Assembly: GCA_938045215.1 (NCBI GenBank)
Contig: CALINF010000331.1
Coordinates: forward strand, 1-30,929
Source: an uncultured Halieaceae bacterium
Lineage (GTDB): Bacteria; Pseudomonadota; Gammaproteobacteria; Pseudomonadales; Halieaceae
DNA: 30,929 bases
Direction: 5' to 3'
Below, one piece after another: positions 24,779 to 30,929 of this stretch. The notes below the pieces were generated by a model. That model had not been told where the DNA came from. It did not search any database and was given only the letters and a program-made list of their open reading frames with translations. Numbering within the stretch: position 1 is the first letter of the stretch; the number at the start of each line of letters is the position of its first letter. Position numbers and translations under genes: made by a program.

Positions 24779-26149
24779 ATGAGTGAGACTATCAGTCACA
24801 GCAAAACCCTGCGGCAGCGCGACATGGTGCTGTTCACTGTATCGGCGATACTGCTTCTTGATACGCTCACCGCGGCAGCATCTGTTGGTGCACCCGCTGT
24901 TTTCTGGTGGCTGTTTCTGGGTGTCATCTTTTTCATACCCTTTGCCATGATATGCGCCGAGATGGGCTGTGCTTATCCTGAACAGGGCGGCATTTACGCA
25001 TGGATAAGGGACGGGTTCGGTGGCCGCTGGGCTTCCCGCGCAACCTGGTGCTACTGGGTGAACACCGCAGTCTGGATTCCCGCCATTTTTCTCCTGTTCG
25101 CGGGTGTCTTCAAACAGATGTTTTTCCCCGACCTATCACTGGGATGGCAGATCACTATCGGCGTCGTGCTGACGTGGCTGGCGGTGGCCGTCAATGTGAT
25201 GACCCTGGACGTGGGTAAGTGGATTCCCAACCTTGGTGCGATCTTAAAGGTCATTATCTTCATCGCCATCATCATTGGCGCGTACAACTATATCGGGTCC
25301 AACGGTATGGCAAATCCGCTAACCCTGGCAACCTTGAAGCCAGACTGGAGCAATAGTCTGCAGTACATCCCCGCCATCATCTACGGGATGTTGGGCTTTG
25401 AGCTGGTCAGTGCGGGCAGTGCTGAGATGAAAAACCCAGCCAGAGATGTACCACGTGCCATCTTCATCTCCGGCAGTATCATCATTGTGCTGTATCTACT
25501 GGGCACCATTGCCGTACTCGCCGCCATTCCGTCGGGCGATATCAACCTGGTCGAAGGGCTCATCGACACACTGCAATTGTTCTTCGGCGACTCTGCTGCA
25601 GGCAGGGTCTTCGTTATGGCGCTGGGCATCGGCGCGTTGTACACATTCTTCTCCAACGGCGTGACCTGGGCACTGGGTTGTAACCGCGCTGCTGCAGAGG
25701 CCGCCATCGAAGGTGAGTTGCCAAAGATATTCGCTTTGGAGAGCAAAAATCTGGGCACGCCAATTGGTGCGGCCGTGTTGATGGGGTTGGTGAGCACCGT
25801 GGTACTGATTCTGTACGGTATGCTGGCAGGCTCCAATGAGGACCTGTTCTGGTCGCTCTTTGCTTTTTCTGCCGTCATCTTCCTGCTGCCCTACCAGGGC
25901 ATGCTACTGGCTTTCATACGCATGCGGATCCGCGATCCCGACCATCACCGTCCCTATGCAGTACCCGGGGGGCTCGGTGCTGCCAGACTATTTGCCTGGC
26001 TGTGTATAGCAGTCCTGGGCCTCTCTATTGTGCTATTCATGTACACCCCCGGCAGCGGCTTGGAATGGCCAGTGCTGATAGGCGTCGTGACTACACTGCT
26101 TATTGGTGAGGTGGTGATTCGGTTTGCGGAGAACCATCGCAGCGGCTAG
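24779..26149 (+). CDS. APC family amino acid/polyamine transporter, AguD (agmatine/putrescine antiporter)-like
   Basis: FWWLFL...FFIPFAMICAEMGCAYPEQGGIYAWIRDGFGGRWASRATWCYWVN, GFELVS...EMKNPARDVPRA and a C-terminal RPYAVPGG. Confidence 0.85.
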   Translation: MSETISHSKTLRQRDMVLFTVSAILLLDTLTAAASVGAPAVFWWLFLGVIFFIPFAMICAEMGCAYPEQGGIYAWIRDGFGGRWASRATWCYWVNTAVWIPAIFLLFAGVFKQMFFPDLSLGWQITIGVVLTWLAVAVNVMTLDVGKWIPNLGAILKVIIFIAIIIGAYNYIGSNGMANPLTLATLKPDWSNSLQYIPAIIYGMLGFELVSAGSAEMKNPARDVPRAIFISGSIIIVLYLLGTIAVLAAIPSGDINLVEGLIDTLQLFFGDSAAGRVFVMALGIGALYTFFSNGVTWALGCNRAAAEAAIEGELPKIFALESKNLGTPIGAAVLMGLVSTVVLILYGMLAGSNEDLFWSLFAFSAVIFLLPYQGMLLAFIRMRIRDPDHHRPYAVPGGLGAARLFAWLCIAVLGLSIVLFMYTPGSGLEWPVLIGVVTTLLIGEVVIRFAENHRSG

Positions 26150-26211
26150 CCAACAATCCGGGCAATGTGGGCGTACACTAGGACACCACATCATCAGCCT
26201 GGGGATTAGGT

Positions 26212-26526
26212 ATGCAACACGACAGTCCCGGTCACTACGCCGTCATTTTTACCGCACGAATTCGCCAGCTGGATGACGCCTACCGAGTTACGGCGGCGCG
26301 CATGCGCGAGCTGGCCATGTCCGAGTTCGGCTGTCACAAGTTCACCGCGGTCGCCGAGGGCGATACCGAAATCGCCGTATCCTATTGGGATTCGCTGGAA
26401 CAGATCCGCGCATGGCGCAACCATCCGGAGCACCAGCGCGCACAAAAACTGGGGCGGGATGCCTGGTATGACGACTACACCGTAGAAGTCACACGAATCG
26501 AACGCGCCTACTCATCAAGCAAGTAA
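26212..26526 (+). CDS. Antibiotic biosynthesis monooxygenase (ABM) family protein
   Basis: YAVIFT, EIAVSYWDSLEQIRAWRNHPEHQRAQKLGR and WYDDYTVEV. Confidence 0.85.
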   Translation: MQHDSPGHYAVIFTARIRQLDDAYRVTAARMRELAMSEFGCHKFTAVAEGDTEIAVSYWDSLEQIRAWRNHPEHQRAQKLGRDAWYDDYTVEVTRIERAYSSSK

Positions 26527-26609
26527 GCTCGGCGTCGCATCAATCCGCTGGACGCAAACCGGCGTATATTGCCTACTTATTGATCACTTGATGACCGCGG
26601 GTTGACACC

Positions 26610-27161
26610 ATGCTGACACACAGCGAGCAAACAATGACTGAACCGAGCTTCTACCGCCCGGCTTTTACCCAGACCGTCTGGTTCAATGCCATCTGGTTCC
26701 AGAGCGTCTGGTTCTGCGCAGTACTGGGTCGAGACAACCTGCTACCGGTCACAGTGGCGTTGCTGGCTGTCCATTTGCTGCTGTGTCGTTCGCTGGACAA
26801 GGAACTGCTTCAGCTTTCTACCATCGCTTTTGTTGGCATTGCCACCGACGCCACGCTAAGCGCAACCGGCGTGTACCAGTTTGATGGGAATGTACTTGTA
26901 CCATTGTGGCTGTGCGCGCTGTGGCTTGGCTTTGCGACTACACTCAACCGCAGTCTGTCATTTTTCGGCAGACACCCGGCCCTGACGATTGCTGTAGGCG
27001 CTGTGGGATTGCCGCTGAACTACTGGGCAGGCGAACGCCTGGGCGCCGTTAGCTTCGGCTATGATTTGATCCCTACCTTGTTCATTCTTGCGGCTGTATG
27101 GTCCATCATCTTCCCCTTGATGTTCAAAATCACCGCCGCGCTGGACGCGCAGGAGCAGTAA
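26610..27161 (+). CDS. DUF2878 family membrane protein
   Basis: NAIWFQSVWFCAVLG, VPLWLCALWLGFATTLNRSL and GLPLNYWAGERLGAV. Alternative start at 26634. Confidence 0.8.
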   Translation: MLTHSEQTMTEPSFYRPAFTQTVWFNAIWFQSVWFCAVLGRDNLLPVTVALLAVHLLLCRSLDKELLQLSTIAFVGIATDATLSATGVYQFDGNVLVPLWLCALWLGFATTLNRSLSFFGRHPALTIAVGAVGLPLNYWAGERLGAVSFGYDLIPTLFILAAVWSIIFPLMFKITAALDAQEQ

Positions 27162-27163
27162 AT

Positions 27164-27655
27164 ATGCGCATGCTGTTATCGCTGGTGCTGCTGGCCATTG
27201 CTTTGCCAGTGGCCGCAACCGATACCACTCTGGTGAAGGTGGGCGAGGCCAAACTGAAGGTGCTGTTCTGGGACGTCTATAACTCTACGCTGTACTCTGA
27301 CAACGGGCGCTATCGGGAAGGCCAGGTACCACTGCGACTGGACATTCAGTATCTGCTGGATATCGAATCGGAGGCACTGGTAGCACGTACAGCCGAAGAG
27401 TGGGATGAGCTTGGGCTGGAGCATGACAATCGCGATGAATGGCTTATCTCGCTAGCTGCCTTGTGGCCCGATGTGAACAAGAACGACGTGCTTACCATGG
27501 AGCTGGATGATGACAGGCGCAGTACTTTTTACCGTAATGGTGAATTGCTGGGCACGATAGAGGACACTGCCTTTGGCGCCAGTTTTATCGACATCTGGCT
27601 GTCACCCAACACAACGCGACCCAATCTGCGCGCCGCACTGATAGGCACCGACTAG
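27164..27655 (+). CDS. Exported chalcone isomerase-like protein
   Basis: Signal peptide MRMLLSLVLLAIALPVAA, then VGEAKLKVLFWDVYNSTLY, LWPDVNKNDVL and FGASFIDIWLSPNTTRPNLRAAL. It starts 2 nt after the DUF2878 stop. Confidence 0.82.
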   Translation: MRMLLSLVLLAIALPVAATDTTLVKVGEAKLKVLFWDVYNSTLYSDNGRYREGQVPLRLDIQYLLDIESEALVARTAEEWDELGLEHDNRDEWLISLAALWPDVNKNDVLTMELDDDRRSTFYRNGELLGTIEDTAFGASFIDIWLSPNTTRPNLRAALIGTD

Positions 27656-27661
27656 ACTCCC

Positions 27662-27695
27662 ATCAACACCAGCGGCGATGCGTCACCGCGTTGAT
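27662..27695. terminator. Imperfect hairpin between convergent genes
   Basis: ATCAAC...GCGG-CGATGCGTCA-CCGC-GTTGAT. No clear U-tract. Confidence 0.25.
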
Positions 27696-27715
27696 TAACC
27701 AACCCACTTCCCAGA

Positions 27716-29281
27716 TCAGGCTACCGCATCCTCAGCGACAAAGTAGCGGGGGTCTTCGATGACGTTCACTTCCACCAGACTTCCCGCCTTCTTGAGCAAA
27801 TTGCGGCAATCCTCGCTCAAGTGCACCAGGTGTAAGGTTTTACCCGAATTCAGATAGCGCTCGGCCAGGGTGTCGATCGCTTCCAGTCCCGAGTGATCAC
27901 ACACTCGCGAGTCGGCAAAATCCACCACCACATCATCGTTCGCTTGCGACGGCTCAAACTGTTCCAGAAAGGAGGTAACCGACCCAAAGAACAGTGGACC
28001 GTGCACGGCATAGACCGTAGAGCCCTTGTGATCTTCCATGGTATCCACCCGCACCTGTTTGGCGTGCTCCCACGCAAACACCAGCGCGGACACAATCACA
28101 CCCACAATCACGGCCATCGCAAGATCGGTTGCAACCGTGACACCCGACACCAGGACAAGCACCATCGCGTCGCTGCGCGGCACCTTGCGGATCACGCGAA
28201 AACTACTCCATTCAAACGTACCGATCACCACGATAAACATCACGCCGATAAGAGCAGCCAGCGGTATCTGTTCGATCAGCGCTGAGGCGACCAGGATAAA
28301 CAGCAGCAAGAACAGTGCTGCAGAGATACCAGACAAGCGACCACGACCACCGGAGTTCACATTAATCATGCTTTGGCCAATCATTGCGCAGCCGCCCATG
28401 CCACCGAAGAAGCCGGTAACCGTGTTCGCCACGCCCTGGCCTACACACTCCTTGTTGCCGCGACCGCGCGTCTCGGTGATCTCATCGACCAGACGCAGGG
28501 TGAGTAGTGACTCGATCAGTCCGATAGCCGCCAGAATGATCGAATAGGGCAGGATAATCAGCAATGTGTCCCAGTTCAGCGGCACGCTGGGGATATGAAA
28601 GGAAGGCAGGCCACCCTTGATGGAGGCGATATCGCCCACCACACGGGTATCAAGATCCAGACCGAAAACCAGCAGGCTAACGACAATAATGGCGACCAGA
28701 GAGGACGGCACCGCAGTCGTCAATCGCGGCAGGAAGTGAATGATTGCCATGGTTAACATCACCAGGCCAACCAGCCCATACAGCTGCCCCCCTTCCAGCC
28801 ATGCCACATCGACAATCGAGCCTTCCATGAAGGTGCCCTGCAACCAGCCAGGGTCGCCGGGAACGCCAAACTGACCCAGCTGGGCAAGAAAAATCACGAT
28901 GGCAAGGCCGTTGACGAAGCCCAACATAACGGGATGAGGCACCATACGGATAAATTTACCCAGGCGCAGCGCTCCGGCCGTTATCTGAATCAACCCCATC
29001 AGCACTACAGTGGCAAAAAGATATTCCACGCCATGATCAGCCACCAGTGCAACCATCACCACCGCCAGCGCGCCGGTTGCACCCGAAATCATACCCGGAC
29101 GCCCGCCGATACAGGCGGTAATTAGGCCTACCATGAAGGCCGCGTACAGGCCCACCAGGGGCTCTACTCCAGCAACGAATGCAAAGGCTACCGCCTCCGG
29201 CACCAGGGCCAGGGCAACGGTGAGTCCTGACAGGATGTCGCTCCTGGCGGTAGCGACTTTATTGGCGTGTAGCTCAAACAT
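27716..29281 (-). CDS. sulP: SulP/SLC26 inorganic anion transporter with STAS domain
   Basis: [44 protein letters not shown] and the STAS segment GPLFFGS...[19 protein letters not shown] 29281 was chosen over the track start at 29374. Confidence 0.92.
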   Translation of the reverse strand: MFELHANKVATARSDILSGLTVALALVPEAVAFAFVAGVEPLVGLYAAFMVGLITACIGGRPGMISGATGALAVVMVALVADHGVEYLFATVVLMGLIQITAGALRLGKFIRMVPHPVMLGFVNGLAIVIFLAQLGQFGVPGDPGWLQGTFMEGSIVDVAWLEGGQLYGLVGLVMLTMAIIHFLPRLTTAVPSSLVAIIVVSLLVFGLDLDTRVVGDIASIKGGLPSFHIPSVPLNWDTLLIILPYSIILAAIGLIESLLTLRLVDEITETRGRGNKECVGQGVANTVTGFFGGMGGCAMIGQSMINVNSGGRGRLSGISAALFLLLFILVASALIEQIPLAALIGVMFIVVIGTFEWSSFRVIRKVPRSDAMVLVLVSGVTVATDLAMAVIVGVIVSALVFAWEHAKQVRVDTMEDHKGSTVYAVHGPLFFGSVTSFLEQFEPSQANDDVVVDFADSRVCDHSGLEAIDTLAERYLNSGKTLHLVHLSEDCRNLLKKAGSLVEVNVIEDPRYFVAEDAVA

Positions 29282-29471
29282 AAACAGTTCTCTGGCAATA
29301 TCGTCTCCCTGGCCCATAAATCGGGGGGCGAAGGAGCAGTAGGGCTTGGCCGATCGGCTGCTTTGTAGGCGCAATAGCCGCTGTTATGGTGTGAGCAATC
29401 GGGGAAGGCCGGAAGTGTAGAGGACTACCCTTCATGTCACAATGCAGATAAGACTTTGATTCTGGTACAAA

Positions 29472-30929
29472 TTACGCTTGCGCGGCCTGCGCCTCACCGG
29501 CTTCGCCGCTAACGGGACTGACCGACTCGATATACTCGCGATAGCGCAGCTCAGCCGAATCACCAAACAACAGGTTACAAGCCTCTCGCAGTCCGGGTGA
29601 TGCCAGAATCTCCTCTGACCGCACCACCAGCTCAATCTTGGAACGACGGCGCATGAAATCCTCCAGTTTGACGATCATTTCCCTGCGGGCCGCCAGCTCA
29701 ATCTCGCAGCGAGTGTACTCTGCAGCGCGTATCAATAACTCGGCCTCACGCTTGTCCTCGCGGATTGCCTCAAGCAACTCAAAAGCCGATGCCCCATAAC
29801 GTCGCCAGAAACGCTCAGACAGAGGTTCTGGCGAGGTGGGGTCGGTCAGAGTATCGAGTTTCATCCGTCGCGCCTGCAACATGAATTCATCGCGCAGCTC
29901 CAGCGGTGGCTCACCGTACCAGCGGCCGCGAGGCTCAGGAACGTCTACGCCCAGACTTTGTACCAGCTCTACAACCTCGTTGCCTACATTCAGGCAGTCT
30001 GTAAGCTTGCCCCCAAAAATACTCAGGTGAGAGCGCTCGCGGTCTACTTCGATTTCATGCTTACGAGATAGCTGCACCCAATCGGCCTCCCCACCCTCAC
30101 CCTGAATTGCCAGAGGCCGCACGCCAACGCGCTCGGCAATGATGTCAGCCGACGTCAGAGGTTTGTCCAGATCCAGGAGCGCGTTGACATTGCTCAGTAT
30201 AAACTCACGATCTTCCTCAGTGACCTCTACCTCGGGCGCGTCAACCTGCGTATCGGTGGTACCAATACAGGTCTTAGGGCCCATGGGAATAAGGAAAAAG
30301 AGTCGGCCGTCACTGGCAAAGAACGTCAGCACCCTGCGGTTGTCGGTAATCTGGTCCACGATCAGGTGCACACCCTTGGAGAACAAGTGTCGGTGAGAGG
30401 TCACAATACCCGTTTGCCGATTGCGCTGGTCTACCCAGGGGCCACAGGCATTAATCACAACGCGGGAACGTATGTTGAACTGATCGCCAGTCACTTCATC
30501 TCGTGCAGTTGTCGTCCACTGCTGCCCATCAAACTGTGCTTGCTGTGAACTCACATAGTTGGCGGCAATACAGCCGTAGTTGAGGCTCTGCCTGATAAAG
30601 CTAAAAACAAAGCGCGCGTCATTGTCATAGAGGTAGCAATCGGAGTATTCCAGGCCGCCTGCCGCCTTACTGGTGTTGATCTCGGGCTCAGCCTGCTCGA
30701 TCGTGGCCGCACTGAGGTAACGCGGAGCGCGGGTTTTGCAACGGCCCATCAGCCAGTACAGCACGCTGCCAAGGAAGACAAAGAAAGACCAGAAGCGAAA
30801 GCCGCGCTGAATGGTGGTGAAAAAGCGGATCTCCTTTACGGTTGACGGATAGGCGCGCATCAACTCATTGCGTGACTTGCACAGCTTGTTAACCAGCAGG
30901 TATTCATGGCTCTCGAGGTACTTGATGCC
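29472..30929 (-). CDS. Glycerol-3-phosphate dehydrogenase/oxidase (GlpD-like) FAD oxidoreductase, 5'-truncated
   Basis: The frame stays open to the window edge (GIKYLESHEYLLVNKLCKSRNELMRAYP, compare GlpD GGLRYLE). Other motifs are VINACGPWVD, SKGVHLIV, IGTTD, GVRPL and IFGGKLT. Confidence 0.85.
   Translation of the reverse strand, partial: GIKYLESHEYLLVNKLCKSRNELMRAYPSTVKEIRFFTTIQRGFRFWSFFVFLGSVLYWLMGRCKTRAPRYLSAATIEQAEPEINTSKAAGGLEYSDCYLYDNDARFVFSFIRQSLNYGCIAANYVSSQQAQFDGQQWTTTARDEVTGDQFNIRSRVVINACGPWVDQRNRQTGIVTSHRHLFSKGVHLIVDQITDNRRVLTFFASDGRLFFLIPMGPKTCIGTTDTQVDAPEVEVTEEDREFILSNVNALLDLDKPLTSADIIAERVGVRPLAIQGEGGEADWVQLSRKHEIEVDRERSHLSIFGGKLTDCLNVGNEVVELVQSLGVDVPEPRGRWYGEPPLELRDEFMLQARRMKLDTLTDPTSPEPLSERFWRRYGASAFELLEAIREDKREAELLIRAAEYTRCEIELAARREMIVKLEDFMRRRSKIELVVRSEEILASPGLREACNLLFGDSAELRYREYIESVSPVSGEAGEAQAAQA

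Noticed and set aside
27893-28547. Plus-strand ORFs of 130 and 169 aa
   Set aside because: Antisense shadows of sulP.
29472-30863. ORF-track start at 30863 for the last gene
   Set aside because: The frame continues for 22 more codons to the window edge with a GlpD-like motif, so the gene is truncated.
1-30929. CRISPR array, tRNA/rRNA, IS element, integrase or defence system
   Set aside because: No regularly spaced repeats, RNA gene signatures, transposase or nuclease motifs were seen, and intergenic gaps are all under about 250 bp.

Overview
Gene-dense, moderately GC-rich bacterial window. Gene content and protein style suggest a gammaproteobacterium, possibly marine (inference only). No rRNA, tRNA, CRISPR array or mobile element is recognisable. 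Bases 1-26.5 kb form a polyamine/amine catabolic island. Its recognisable core is a spermidine dehydrogenase-like flavo-haem enzyme (5'-truncated), two gamma-glutamyl-polyamine synthetases, a PuuB-like oxidase, agmatinase, a SpuC-like class III aminotransferase and an AguD-like APC transporter. Interleaved with these are uncharacterised genes: four COG1233 (phytoene dehydrogenase-like, PYROXD2-like) flavoproteins, two of them coupled to a stand-alone GcvT-like folate-binding protein; a lone Mo-bisPGD oxidoreductase; a PhyH dioxygenase; two DUF861 cupins, one apparently exported; an MsrQ-like membrane protein with no haem-ligating histidines; a SnoaL-AraC fusion regulator with a structured leader and uORF; and a 6-TM protein built from three repeats of a D/E-x3-W-x7-E helix. 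After 26.5 kb come DUF2878, a chalcone-isomerase-like protein, SulP and a 5'-truncated GlpD-like gene. The best candidate for an undescribed system is a split flavoprotein/THF oxidative N-dealkylation route for modified (poly)amines, with its own putative membrane binder and regulator. All family calls come from motif reading and recalled family knowledge, not from database searches.
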